Shown: in pieces, positions 44,730 through 54,397 of the stretch
Numbering within the stretch: the stretch's first letter is position 1
How the letters are laid out: each line of letters begins with the position of its first letter
Source: an uncultured Candidatus Saccharibacteria bacterium
Lineage (GTDB): Bacteria; Patescibacteriota; Saccharimonadia; Saccharimonadales; Saccharimonadaceae
Direction: 5' to 3'
DNA length: 64,000 nucleotides
Assembly (NCBI GenBank): GCA_965241395.1
Contig: CBDEOC010000059.1
Span: 5,198 to 69,197 of the forward strand
Notes under the pieces: model-generated
Databases searched by the model: none
What the model was told of the DNA's origin: nothing
What the model saw: the letters and a program-made list of their open reading frames with translations, nothing else
Made by a program: the position numbers and the translations under genes

Positions 44730-46643
44730 ATGATCATCCACCGTATCCACCACTTAGCTCGTCAGCTTACTTTTGTGCTGGCGGGAGCTCTATGCTTTCT
44801 GTCGGTCCCGGCAAGAGCATTCTCAGTAGAGACGATGACGCCGACCAGCGGTTCGACCAGCGGTGGCACGCCGGTGGTGATCAATGGTAAGGGCTTTATC
44901 AGAGAAGAGAGTGAGAAGTTCGTTGACGTAGCGGCGGGCGTCGAGCACGCTTTACTTTTGTCGCAGAGTGGTCATATCTGGGCGGTCGGTAGTAATGCGT
45001 ACGGTCAGTTGGGCAGCAGGAAAGTAATTGGCTATACAGTTCAGCCTGTCGATGTGACAGCCAAGCTAAACTTAGAGGCGAGCGATCGGGTCGAAACGGT
45101 TGCGGCCGGCGACTATAGTTCGTACGCTATTAGTCAGAAGCATCGGGTTTTTGCCTGGGGCCACAATGATAGGGGTCAGCTAGGGCAAGGTGGTGAGAGT
45201 CGTCAAGATCGGAATCAACCGGTCGAGATCACTGACAAATTCACTCTGCGTCAAGGTGATTTCATTAGGTTTATTACTGCCGGCGCTAATACGGTCTATG
45301 CCCTGACCGACCAAGGCTATATCTACGTCTGGGGCGAGGTACAAGATTATATTGATGGTGATACTAATCGGAAGTACGCCGACAAGACTGCTCCGGTCGA
45401 GGCGGCTTGGCTGGGAGATAATATCAAGATGCTGGCAGCGGGTAACCGATCGGCAATCAGTCTGGATAATGTTGGCAATTTGCAAACTTGGGGTTGCAAT
45501 GATCACGGTGAGCTGGGGCGATCAAGGCGGGGTGAACCGAATAAGCTTGATCCGGCGATGTCGGCTTACTATATCAGCTCGCCGGGTACGGGCAGTATTC
45601 CGTCGCTTGGCGATGATACGGTGATCCAGGTTGCGGCCGGTAATGGCGTCATGGCAATCTTGACTAAGAATGACAGGCTGTTTATCTGGGGCAACCATCA
45701 GACCGGTATGCTGGGGATTGGCGATGACAAAGCTAATCCGGCTGATCACAGTAGCGGTGACAAGCTCTCTAGTGTGCCGATTGAGCTAACCAAGCGGTTT
45801 AAGGAGCTCCTGGAGAAAGACGATCGGATTAGCCGGATTAGTATCGGTAATTCTCATGTATTAGCTCTGTCGCAATACGGTAGAGTCTTTAGCTGGGGGT
45901 CTAATGACTATGGTCAGTTAGGTGATGGGTCAAATATTAGTCGGAATCGGATTAGCGAGATCACTGACCGGTTTACGCTACCGACGAAACCGAATCGACC
46001 CGACGGAACTGAGGACAAGGTGACTGTCCAGCAGGTACTGGCAGCAGGTGCCGGTGGCAGTCAGATAGCTAGCTACTCATATGCGCTTGATTCTGAGGGC
46101 AACGTCTATGCTTGGGGCGGCTCGGCGAAGGGCTTGCCCGGTATTAACGTCCTAGCTAACACTAATCAGCCGAAGCTAATTAGCAATCGTCTAATTGCTA
46201 AAGTATCTAACATCACGGCGATTCGCTTCGGCGATAAAGAGGTGGCGGATTATGAAGTGGGTGATGATTCGATCAAGCTTTTAACGCCGGCTAGTGATCA
46301 CTCCGGCGCCGTCGAAGTTACTTTAAGTGAGGATGAAGATCACGAGACTAAGCTGTCTCAGCTGTTCACTTACACTGATCCGGTTAATCCTGATGACGAT
46401 AAAGACAAGGATAAGGGCGGTGACAATGATCAGACCGGTGATAAAAATGACAACAAGGATAAAGACAAGTCCGGCGACAAAAGAGCTGACAATACTACCA
46501 GAAAGCCTACCGCCAGGAAATCAACCGGCGGCACCGGCTCGACCGGATCAAAGTATCGACTGGCTGCCCCGAATACCGGAGCCATCAACGAGCTAAGACA
46601 TATGGGGGTATGTCGGGTTTCACGCCGTCCTTGCATTGACTAG
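44730..46643 (+). CDS. Secreted RCC1-repeat protein with IPT/TIG-like modules and a Lys/Asp-rich tail
   Basis: I prefer the ATG at 44730, which gives a signal-like N-terminus (LTFVLAGALCFLSVPARAFS). Repeats include AVGSNAYGQLG, AWGHNDRGQLG, TWGCNDHGELG and SWGSNDYGQLGDG. The tail reads DDDKDKDKGGDNDQTGDKNDNKDKDKSGDK. Confidence 0.8.
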   Translation: MIIHRIHHLARQLTFVLAGALCFLSVPARAFSVETMTPTSGSTSGGTPVVINGKGFIREESEKFVDVAAGVEHALLLSQSGHIWAVGSNAYGQLGSRKVIGYTVQPVDVTAKLNLEASDRVETVAAGDYSSYAISQKHRVFAWGHNDRGQLGQGGESRQDRNQPVEITDKFTLRQGDFIRFITAGANTVYALTDQGYIYVWGEVQDYIDGDTNRKYADKTAPVEAAWLGDNIKMLAAGNRSAISLDNVGNLQTWGCNDHGELGRSRRGEPNKLDPAMSAYYISSPGTGSIPSLGDDTVIQVAAGNGVMAILTKNDRLFIWGNHQTGMLGIGDDKANPADHSSGDKLSSVPIELTKRFKELLEKDDRISRISIGNSHVLALSQYGRVFSWGSNDYGQLGDGSNISRNRISEITDRFTLPTKPNRPDGTEDKVTVQQVLAAGAGGSQIASYSYALDSEGNVYAWGGSAKGLPGINVLANTNQPKLISNRLIAKVSNITAIRFGDKEVADYEVGDDSIKLLTPASDHSGAVEVTLSEDEDHETKLSQLFTYTDPVNPDDDKDKDKGGDNDQTGDKNDNKDKDKSGDKRADNTTRKPTARKSTGGTGSTGSKYRLAAPNTGAINELRHMGVCRVSRRPCID

Positions 46644-46669
46644 TTAACTGCTTGTGCTAAATTAGATGT

Positions 46670-46936
46670 ATGGATGCCTTTCAAATACTAGTTCTGATCT
46701 TGTCGGTGTTTCTGGCGATATTCCTGGTGCTAGGCATCATTTTCTTAGTCTTGTCGATTCGGATCTCTATCCAGATTAAGCGTATCACCGATAATGTTGA
46801 GGACGCCAGTGATAGTCTGCGTTCATTCTTCGCTACGCTTAATCGGTTGGCTAATCCGGCGATAATTGCCAAGATTGTAGTAAAATATATCCGTAACCAT
46901 CTTAGCGGTAAAAGGAGGAAAAAAGATGAGCAGTGA
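46670..46936 (+). CDS. Small N-terminally anchored protein (DUF948-like)
   Basis: One TM helix followed by a helical tail. It is adjacent to and overlaps a YtxH-like gene, as in Firmicutes ytx loci. TGcTAAATT ends 6 nt before the ATG. Confidence 0.5.
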   Translation: MDAFQILVLILSVFLAIFLVLGIIFLVLSIRISIQIKRITDNVEDASDSLRSFFATLNRLANPAIIAKIVVKYIRNHLSGKRRKKDEQ

Positions 46937-47207
46937 CAAGAAATCATCAGGCGCAGGCAAGTTTGCCCTGGGGGCAGCTATCGGTACGGCCGTGGGTGTA
47001 GTGGCCGGTATCTTGACGGCACCAAAGTCAGGTAAAGAGACTCGGCAGGATGTCGCTCGTAAAGCCCGAGAAGTCAAGAAGGCAGCCGGTGACAAAGCCG
47101 GTGAGGCTAAGGCTTTCGCCGGTGAAAAAGTGCGGGATGCTAAGAAGTTCTTCGGTCAGAAGAAAGAAGAGCTGGACGACAAGATCGATAGCAAGTTAGA
47201 CGACTAG
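46926..47207 (+). CDS. YtxH-domain protein
   Basis: GAAIGTAVGVVAGILTAPKSGKETRQDV matches the YtxH signature (LfAPksGkEtR). Confidence 0.75.
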   Translation: MSSDKKSSGAGKFALGAAIGTAVGVVAGILTAPKSGKETRQDVARKAREVKKAAGDKAGEAKAFAGEKVRDAKKFFGQKKEELDDKIDSKLDD

Positions 47208-47227
47208 CAGCTACCGGCTAAGCTTCA

Positions 47228-47257
47228 ATAGACCCCGGATAAGGGGTCTATTCTTGT
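47228..47257 (+). terminator. Rho-independent terminator
   Basis: ATAGACCCC-ggataa-GGGGTCTAT followed by TCTTGTT. Confidence 0.7.
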
Positions 47258-47316
47258 TGCCCCCGGAGGGCCGGCAGCACCACAAATTAAGCATTATTTT
47301 GCTATAATAATTAGCG

Positions 47317-50300
47317 ATGAGTCAGGAGGGAGTAAAGACGAAAAAGCAGGATGATCGGACTGATGTACCGCCGATCTGCATTAGCCGTGAGGAAGCACGC
47401 AAGCACAAGTTTACCCCGAGTGACTTCGTCCATTTGCACAACCATACCACTTACAGCGTGCTGGATGGACTAACCAAGGTAGATGACCTCATCGGTAAAG
47501 TCAAAGAGTTTGGTATGGAGGCTGTGGCAGTGACCGACCACGGCACCATGGGCGGCGATCTAACTTTTTATAAAAAGGCGAAGGCGGCAGGTGTCAAGCC
47601 GGTTCTCGGCATCGAAGTGTACATGGCGACCCGAGGGCGCAAAGATCGTGATCCGGCGAAAGACAAGCAGCGTTTCCATCTGACTATTCTGGCTATGAAT
47701 AAGGCCGGATGGCACAATATGATGCGTCTCTCCAGTCTGGCTAACCTGGAAGGAATGTATTACAAGCCGCGGATTGACCACGAGATCTTGGAGAAATACA
47801 ACGAAGGACTAATCGTTCTATCGGGCTGTGCCAGCAGTGAGATTAGCTGCGCTCTAAAGACCGGTGATTATGACAGGGCGGTCGAGCTGGCGAAGTGGTA
47901 TCGGGGGGTCTTTGGTGATCGTTTTTACTTAGAGATGCAGGATCACGGTCACCCGAAGAGCAATACTCACTGGGAGATTCAGAACCGGATTAACGAAGGG
48001 CTGAAGCGGATGAATCAGGAGCTGGGCATTCCTCTGGTAATTACCTGTGACGGGCACTACCTGACCCACGATTGTCAGCAGGCACACGAGATCCTACTTT
48101 GCATCGGTACGGGCTCTTTCTTAAGCGACAAGAATCGCATGAGTCTGGCTGATTTTGAGCTGCATTTGACCGACCCGAGGGACATCATTGATCACTGGGG
48201 TGACGAATGTCCGGAGGCTATCCTTAATACCAGGCTGGTTGCCGAGCGATGTAATGTCGATATTGAGCTGGGGCAAGTGCTGATCCCGAAGTATCCCTCC
48301 CTACCGAAAGGTGATAGTGAGCACTCGTTCTTTCATAAGCTGGTTTATCAGGGTCTGCTGGTGCGTTATAACGGTGTGTCGCAGGCGGAGGCGGAGCAGC
48401 TGTCGGTTGAGCAGATTAAGCCGATGCTGTCAGACGAAGTGCGTCAGCGAGCCGAGCTGGAGCTAAGCGTGATCGGTTCGATGGGCTATGAGGGCTATTT
48501 CTTGATCGTTCAGGACTTCATTAACTGGGGCAAGTCGCAAGGCTATGTCTTTGGCCCGGGGCGGGGGTCGGCGGCGGGGTCAATCGTCTCGTACGCCGTT
48601 CGGATCACTGACCTCGACCCGCTGAAGTACAGTTTACTGTTTGAGCGCTTTCTTAACCCTGACCGCATTTCGATGCCGGATATCGATGTCGATATGCAGG
48701 ACACTTGTCGGGATGATGTGATCGACTACTGTGCTGATAAATACGGGCGAGATCATGTCTGCAATATCGTCACCTTCGGCACGATGGCCAGTCGCTCGGC
48801 GGTGCGTGATGTGGCTCGGGTACTGGAAGTACCATATGCTGAGAGCGACCGCCTGTCGAAGCTGGTGCCGACCGGACCGCAGTCAGCTCATATCGGTACT
48901 CTGCGGGAGATCTTGCAGACCGACCCGGATATCAAGCACGAGTATGAGACTAATCCCACGGCCAAGCGGGTTTATGACTTTGCCGCCCAGCTGGAAGGTA
49001 CGATCAGAAGTCACGGCGTTCATGCTTGCGGTACTGTGATTGCCCCCGAGCCGCTGATTGATATTATTCCGCTGGAGATGGCGCAGAAAGGCGTGATCAC
49101 TACTCAGTTCTCGGCGCCTGAGGTCGAGGATATGGGGCTGCTGAAGATGGACTTTTTGGGGCTGTCTAACCTGACTATCATTGATAACTGTCTGCGGATT
49201 GTTCGCAAGGTCTATGGTGACAAGATTGACCTCGATAACCTCCAGCTGGATGACGAGGAAGCCTACAAGCTTTTACAACGAGGCGAAACGACAGGGGTCT
49301 TCCAGCTGGAGTCTGCCGGCATGAAGCGCTACCTTAAGGAGCTGAAGCCGACTTGTTTTGACGATATTATTGCTATGGTGGCGCTATATCGTCCCGGTCC
49401 GATGCAGTTCATCGACTCGTTCATCGCTCGCAAGAACGGTAGAGAGCCGATTACCTATCCACACCCAACCATGGAGGATCAGCTGAAAGAGACCTATGGT
49501 GTATTGGTCTATCAGGAGCAGTTCATGAATATCTCTAAGGCAGTCTGTGGCTTTACCGGCGGTGAGGCGGATACTCTGCGTAAGGCTGTGGCTAAGAAGA
49601 AAGCCGACCTGATGGCGAAGATCAAGCCTAAGTTTATCGATGGGGCGGTCAAGACTGTCGGTGTGGAGCGAGAGCTGATGGAGAAGTTCTGGTCGCAGCT
49701 GGAAGACTTCGCCAACTACTGCTTTAACAAGAGTCATGCTGCCTGTTATGCCCTGATTGCCTACTGGACAGCCTATCTCAAGTCACATTATCAGGACGCC
49801 TTTATGGCGGCTCTGATGACCTCCGATTCGGGCGATACTGAGCGGCTAACCATCGAGATCTCCGAGTGTAATCGGATGGGGATAGACGTGTTAAGGCCTG
49901 ATATTAATGAGTCGTTCCAGGAGTTTGCTGTCGTTAAGGGGACGAAGAACATTCGTTTCGGTCTAGCTGGGATCAAGAGCGTCGGCTCGACGGCGATCGA
50001 TGACATCATCAAGCAGCGCAAGAAAGATGGGCTGTTTACCTCGGTGGAGGACTTTGCTCGGCGGGTCAATAGCCGGGTCTGCAATCGCAAGGTCTATGAG
50101 TCGCTGATCAAAGCAGGAGCTTTCGACTGTTTTACTGATAAGAGCGCTCCGGCCGGTACTTACTCCGGCTCACGAGCCGATCTACTCTTTAATCTAGATA
50201 GCATCATTGCTTTTGCTCAGAAGTCACAGAAAGAAGCCGACTCAGGTCAGGGCAACCTGATCAGCATGCTGGAGGGTGATACTAAGGGTGTAGTATCCAG

Positions 50301-51156
50301 CTTGGAATTGAGCGCAGCACCCAAACAAACTGACGCTAAGGAGCAGCTTAATTGGGAGCGGGAACTGCTTGGTCTGTACCTGTCGGCTCACCCGCTGGAC
50401 GCCTACGATGACTTTCTGAACGAGAAGACGAATCCGACTAACTCGCTTAGCTCCGACCAAGATGGTGGTCTGGCGACGGTTGGCGGACTGGTCAGTAAGA
50501 ATCGGACACTGGTGACCAAGGCCGGCTCGAAGATGGCATTTCTAACTATCGAGGATAAGTTCGGTGAGATAGAGGTGGTGGTCTTTCCTAAGACTTTTGA
50601 GGCTAATATGCCGGCGACGATCAACCCCAGTGACGTGGTCTTGATTAAAGGTCGGATCAGCGGTAAAGATAAAGAGGGCAACCGCCTGCCCGACCCATCC
50701 TTGGTAGCTGATTCGATTCAAGTTGTCACTGATGATGTGCTGAGTGCCTATCAGCCGACCGGTGTGCCGATGAGTGAAGTCAAGGCTGCTCCGGCTAGGT
50801 CAAGGCGTGGTAACAGTCGCCAGTATCAGGCGAAGCAGGTGGCAGAGAGTGGGCGAAAATATCATTCGGTAGCGACTAGAGCTAGCTCACCTGCTACTGA
50901 TATGTCGCTCTATGATATCGTTGAGGCAGACAAACCAAAAGTGATGTACATTCATATCAAAGATCCTACTGACGGTAAGAAACTGGTGGCGATGAGAGAA
51001 AAGGTTGATCAGTACCAAGGCGAAGATCAGGTTATCTTAGTGTTGGGTGAGTCTAAGAAGAACGCTGTGCGTATGCCGGTGCGCACTTCGGCTTGTGCTG
51101 AGCTGGAATCAGCGGTCGGGTCGATCTTCGGCGCTGATTGTGTGGCTATTCGTTAG
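47317..51156 (+). CDS. dnaE: DNA polymerase III alpha subunit
   Basis: PHP domain FVHLHNHTTYSVLDG, polymerase core PDIDVD and an OB-fold region. 1279 aa. Confidence 0.95.
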   Translation: MSQEGVKTKKQDDRTDVPPICISREEARKHKFTPSDFVHLHNHTTYSVLDGLTKVDDLIGKVKEFGMEAVAVTDHGTMGGDLTFYKKAKAAGVKPVLGIEVYMATRGRKDRDPAKDKQRFHLTILAMNKAGWHNMMRLSSLANLEGMYYKPRIDHEILEKYNEGLIVLSGCASSEISCALKTGDYDRAVELAKWYRGVFGDRFYLEMQDHGHPKSNTHWEIQNRINEGLKRMNQELGIPLVITCDGHYLTHDCQQAHEILLCIGTGSFLSDKNRMSLADFELHLTDPRDIIDHWGDECPEAILNTRLVAERCNVDIELGQVLIPKYPSLPKGDSEHSFFHKLVYQGLLVRYNGVSQAEAEQLSVEQIKPMLSDEVRQRAELELSVIGSMGYEGYFLIVQDFINWGKSQGYVFGPGRGSAAGSIVSYAVRITDLDPLKYSLLFERFLNPDRISMPDIDVDMQDTCRDDVIDYCADKYGRDHVCNIVTFGTMASRSAVRDVARVLEVPYAESDRLSKLVPTGPQSAHIGTLREILQTDPDIKHEYETNPTAKRVYDFAAQLEGTIRSHGVHACGTVIAPEPLIDIIPLEMAQKGVITTQFSAPEVEDMGLLKMDFLGLSNLTIIDNCLRIVRKVYGDKIDLDNLQLDDEEAYKLLQRGETTGVFQLESAGMKRYLKELKPTCFDDIIAMVALYRPGPMQFIDSFIARKNGREPITYPHPTMEDQLKETYGVLVYQEQFMNISKAVCGFTGGEADTLRKAVAKKKADLMAKIKPKFIDGAVKTVGVERELMEKFWSQLEDFANYCFNKSHAACYALIAYWTAYLKSHYQDAFMAALMTSDSGDTERLTIEISECNRMGIDVLRPDINESFQEFAVVKGTKNIRFGLAGIKSVGSTAIDDIIKQRKKDGLFTSVEDFARRVNSRVCNRKVYESLIKAGAFDCFTDKSAPAGTYSGSRADLLFNLDSIIAFAQKSQKEADSGQGNLISMLEGDTKGVVSSLELSAAPKQTDAKEQLNWERELLGLYLSAHPLDAYDDFLNEKTNPTNSLSSDQDGGLATVGGLVSKNRTLVTKAGSKMAFLTIEDKFGEIEVVVFPKTFEANMPATINPSDVVLIKGRISGKDKEGNRLPDPSLVADSIQVVTDDVLSAYQPTGVPMSEVKAAPARSRRGNSRQYQAKQVAESGRKYHSVATRASSPATDMSLYDIVEADKPKVMYIHIKDPTDGKKLVAMREKVDQYQGEDQVILVLGESKKNAVRMPVRTSACAELESAVGSIFGADCVAIR

Positions 51157-51300
51157 GGGTAATTATCACGACACAATATGCTAGGGCTTAAAGTCCCAGG
51201 CTTCATTCTTGCGGATAGATAAAGTTTGTCGTATAATTGCAACTGAAATAAGGTGAAAAACAAGTGAAATAAATTACTCAGCTGATGCGGAAAGGAGAGA

Positions 51301-52371
51301 TTGGTGGTCAAATCGCTTGATACCAGGGCAGAATTGACTGAGGCTGTCCAGTCGATCGTGTCATTTATAGAGCGGCCTCGAGAGGCGGATATTGTCACGC
51401 GGCGTTATGGGATCAAGGGTGAGCAAGAAACGCTAGAGCAAGTCGGTGAGACGATGCATATCACCAGAGAGCGGGTGCGTCAGATCGAAAAGGCGACCAT
51501 GATCCGGATCAAGCTGTGGCTGGAGAAAGGGTCCTGTCAGGCGTTTAATGTGGCGGAGATGGATATCGTCAAGTCGCTGCACGAGATGGGGCGAGCCGCC
51601 AAGGTCGGTGACTTAGCTGAGGCGGTGATGGGCGACTCCGAGAGACAAAGTCGAGCCTACGTCATGTTCTTAGCCGAGCTTAGCGGCAAGATGCTACCGA
51701 CTACGGAGAATGATAAATACCACGCCGGGGTGGTATTGACAAGCGACAAGGATGATCGCAGCGTTAAGGCGAGGATTGATGAGATTATCAAAGTACTCAA
51801 GGATAAGAAAGAGCCGGCTACTCTGGACGAACTATTTAAGTTAATTGGCAGTGGTTACGAGCATCCTAAGGAAATCGGAGCGATCGCTCGGCTGAGTAAG
51901 CAGGTGGCTAACCTGGACGATAAATGGGGCCTAGCCAAATGGGCGTCAGTCAATCCGCGGACCATTAGAGATAAAGTATATATTGTCCTTAAAGATAGTA
52001 AGAAGCCGATGCATTATAGTGAGATTGCCCAGCTGATCCGAGACCGAGGGCTTAATCGCAACAACTCCACCGACCCGGCAATTCACAACGAACTGATCAA
52101 GGATGATCGTTTCGTACTGGTGGGGCGGGGTATTTACGCTCTGGCTGAGTATGGCTATAAGAAGGGCTCGATCACTGATGTGATTACTGAGGTTCTTCGT
52201 CAGCACGGTCCGATGTACCGAGACGATATCGTCCGGGAGGTGCTCAAGGCTCGTCAAGTCCGAGAGACTACTATCCTGCTCAATCTACAGAGCCGACCGC
52301 AGTTTAAGCGAGTCGATAAGAATAAGTATGCTCTAGCTGAAGAAGTAGAGACGAGCCCGGCTAAGTCCTAG
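51301..52371 (+). CDS. DNA-binding protein with a sigma-70 region-4-like HTH and HARE-HTH-like C-terminal modules
   Basis: RYGIKGEQETLEQVGETMHITRERVRQIEKATM (region 4). Later MHYSEIAQLI...RFVLVGRGIYALAEYG and ...QFKRVDKNKYALAE (HARE-HTH-like). AAAGGAGAG RBS with a TTG or GTG start. Confidence 0.5.
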   Translation: MVVKSLDTRAELTEAVQSIVSFIERPREADIVTRRYGIKGEQETLEQVGETMHITRERVRQIEKATMIRIKLWLEKGSCQAFNVAEMDIVKSLHEMGRAAKVGDLAEAVMGDSERQSRAYVMFLAELSGKMLPTTENDKYHAGVVLTSDKDDRSVKARIDEIIKVLKDKKEPATLDELFKLIGSGYEHPKEIGAIARLSKQVANLDDKWGLAKWASVNPRTIRDKVYIVLKDSKKPMHYSEIAQLIRDRGLNRNNSTDPAIHNELIKDDRFVLVGRGIYALAEYGYKKGSITDVITEVLRQHGPMYRDDIVREVLKARQVRETTILLNLQSRPQFKRVDKNKYALAEEVETSPAKS

Positions 52372-52419
52372 GCCGGGTGATATCTGCCGATAGTCGATTT
52401 TGCCTGGGAACATAATTAA

Positions 52420-52548
52420 CTCACCTTGACGAAGGAACTAGTTTATCGCGCTAATGCTTGACAAATGCGGGGGGGTGTTACAGTGGACACCATCAGGTTG
52501 CATGTGAGACCAGCTCACATGGCCTGCGATCCCTAAGGAGGGATTAGG
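52420..52548 (+). promoter_or_regulatory. Cassette promoter and leader, copy 1 (G7 spacer variant)
   Basis: TTGACA (52458-52463), a 15-nt spacer containing G7 (52469-52475), then TGtTACAGT (-10 at 52479-52484). The leader hairpin is CATGTGAG-accag-CTCACATG, and the SD AAGGAGGG lies inside TCCCT/AGGGA. Identical to 54431-54523 except for the G-run length. Confidence 0.6.
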
Positions 52549-52818
52549 ATGGAACTTTCAAGCAAGTTTCTCTTCCGTCCTGTAAATTACAACAGGGGTG
52601 AGGTTGATTTTGACCTCATCCTCAGGGATGAAAAGCTTGCCGGAGAGATCCGGCAAGCTCTGGGCTCGGGAGGGAAAGTTATCCTCCGGGGCACAGAAAT
52701 CATCATCGCCCCTAGAAAGGGCGATGGTTCACGCTGGAAGATGCATGACGTCCTCCAGTTAGGGAAGGAGATTGACGACACGCCCGTGTTCGTCGGGCGT
52801 ACGTATGTCAAGATTTGA
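52549..52818 (+). CDS. Hypothetical 89-aa protein (cassette ORF1; weak SpoVT/AbrB-like stretch)
   Basis: GGAGGG is 6 nt before the ATG, and the ORF has its own terminator. LAGEIRQALGSGGKVILRGTEIIIAP is reminiscent of AbrB/MazE-type swapped-hairpin motifs, but only weakly. Confidence 0.5.
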   Translation: MELSSKFLFRPVNYNRGEVDFDLILRDEKLAGEIRQALGSGGKVILRGTEIIIAPRKGDGSRWKMHDVLQLGKEIDDTPVFVGRTYVKI

Positions 52819-52839
52819 CATACATATCGCCCTTCCCCG

Positions 52840-52870
52840 CCCCTTGCTTCCGAGCAAGGGGTTTTTCCTT
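52840..52870 (+). terminator. Rho-independent terminator of cassette 1
   Basis: CCCCTTGCT-tccg-AGCAAGGGG followed by TTTTTCCTTTC. Nearly the same hairpin follows cassette 2. Confidence 0.75.
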
Positions 52871-52875
52871 TCAGG

Positions 52876-52916
52876 GTAACTCCGGATTTTTCCTGAGTTT
52901 GACTCCGTGTTTTGCC
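52876..52916. repeat. 41-bp perfect direct repeat, copy downstream of ATPase-3
   Basis: GTAACTCCGGATTTTTCCTGAGTTTGACTCCGTGTTTTGCC, identical to 54274-54314. Confidence 0.92.
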
Positions 52917-52942
52917 GGGTACTAGGAATCTTGGACTATGAG

Positions 52943-54226
52943 CTAATTCTTTAGACAGCCAATCGGGACGATATAGATGCCGTCGTCTTGACGGTAGGCG
53001 TAGTTGGTGGTAGCTGTCAAAATCATTAGGAATGACGGCTGGCGCATGACTTCAGTGTCAACGCTATCGACGAATCGCCGCAGTGATCTCGAGCCTTCAC
53101 TGATGGAGGTCTCGTCTGACCCGAGCTTAATCTCAATGGCTCCCCATTTGCCATCCGGTAGATGAATGATAGCATCGCACTCTCGACCGGCTTTATCTCG
53201 ATAATAATATAGACGACCATCTAGGCTTTCGGCATAAATCTTCAGGTCACGTAACGCCATAGACTCAAAGACCAGCCCAAATGTCCGATAGTCCAGGCGC
53301 AGGTCATTCTCCGAAGCAAGTAGTGCTGCTACAACGAGTGACGGGTCGGTAAAGTTTCGTTTCCAGCCTGATCTGATAGCAGTCTTACTCCTTAACTGTG
53401 GCGACCAGGGTTCAACGTCGTCAAGGATATGTAAACGGTTCAGTGTCTCCAGATATGACGATAGTGTCTTGTCGCTGATCGTTTCACCCGAGCCGATAAC
53501 GTCATTCATGATCGTCTGACCGGTTACCGGTGAGGCGATGTTGCGAGCTAGGCTTCGTATGACGGCTCTCATCTTGGGAGTGGAGAAGGAGATGTCGTTG
53601 TCTAAGTCGGTCATCGATTCGTTAGTCAGGATGACCTCCAAGTAATCACGAGCTAACTTGCCGGCGTTGGTCGGATTACGCTTGACGCTAGCCGGCCAGC
53701 CACCACGGGTACAGAGTCGGGCAATATCCTCAGGTGTCAATCCGGCTTCTCCGGCGATATTTTCATTATCACAAAAAAGGCTTTTTAGTGAAACGGCGCC
53801 ATTAGACTCGCCGGATTCGTAGAGACTCATGGGGCGCATGATTAGTCGGACTATGCGCCCGGCGCCGGAGTGGGCGGGCTTGCTAACTTTAGGCGTGGAT
53901 GAGCCGGTCAAGATATATTGTCCGGTCAGCCCGGTCTTGTCAACATCGTAGCGAATAGCATCCCAGATAGCGGGCGTATCTTGCCACTCATCAATCAGAC
54001 GGGGCTTGTCGCCACTAAGTAGGATACCGGGGTCTGACTTGGCGATAGCCTTGTTGTTCTCGGCGGTAGTAGGGTTCTGCATCTCGATGGAGCTGTTAGC
54101 CAGCTGACGAGCAGTGGTTGACTTGCCACACCATTTACAGCCCTCCAACGATACGGCACCGTAAAGCTCCAAGTTTTCTCTGAGTACATCATCCATTAGT
54201 CGGGGGATATAGTCGCTGTCTTTCAT
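52943..54226 (-). CDS. COG1373-type AAA+ ATPase with a DUF4143/PD-(D/E)xK-like C-terminal domain (ATPase-3)
   Basis: Walker A LEGCKWCGKSTTA, Walker B LIDEWQ and a C-terminal RECDAIIHLPDGKWGAIEIKLG (D...E.K). It belongs to a different subfamily from ATPase-1 and ATPase-2. Confidence 0.8.
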   Translation of the reverse strand: MKDSDYIPRLMDDVLRENLELYGAVSLEGCKWCGKSTTARQLANSSIEMQNPTTAENNKAIAKSDPGILLSGDKPRLIDEWQDTPAIWDAIRYDVDKTGLTGQYILTGSSTPKVSKPAHSGAGRIVRLIMRPMSLYESGESNGAVSLKSLFCDNENIAGEAGLTPEDIARLCTRGGWPASVKRNPTNAGKLARDYLEVILTNESMTDLDNDISFSTPKMRAVIRSLARNIASPVTGQTIMNDVIGSGETISDKTLSSYLETLNRLHILDDVEPWSPQLRSKTAIRSGWKRNFTDPSLVVAALLASENDLRLDYRTFGLVFESMALRDLKIYAESLDGRLYYYRDKAGRECDAIIHLPDGKWGAIEIKLGSDETSISEGSRSLRRFVDSVDTEVMRQPSFLMILTATTNYAYRQDDGIYIVPIGCLKN

Positions 54227-54273
54227 ATCTTGCTTACCTTATTGTACCACGAGCGTTACCCATAGTCACTACT

Positions 54274-54314
54274 GTAACTCCGGATTTTTCCTGAGTTTGA
54301 CTCCGTGTTTTGCC
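54274..54314. repeat. 41-bp perfect direct repeat, copy upstream of ATPase-3
   Basis: Identical to 52876-52916. Confidence 0.92.
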
Positions 54315-54397
54315 TGATATAGTGTAAAACGATTCAGGTTGATAAGGGTGGTAATCGCTATATATAGCTATATATTCATAACGGTATCTCCGATCGG

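Noticed and set aside
46564-46643. The LAAPNTGA sequence near the C-terminus of the RCC1 protein looks like an LPXTG-type sortase signal. The next gene begins with a TM helix and a basic patch.
   Set aside because: No frame has a hydrophobic segment following the motif. The next ORF is in a different frame, has its own extended -10 box, and fits a DUF948/YtxH pair. This is probably coincidence.
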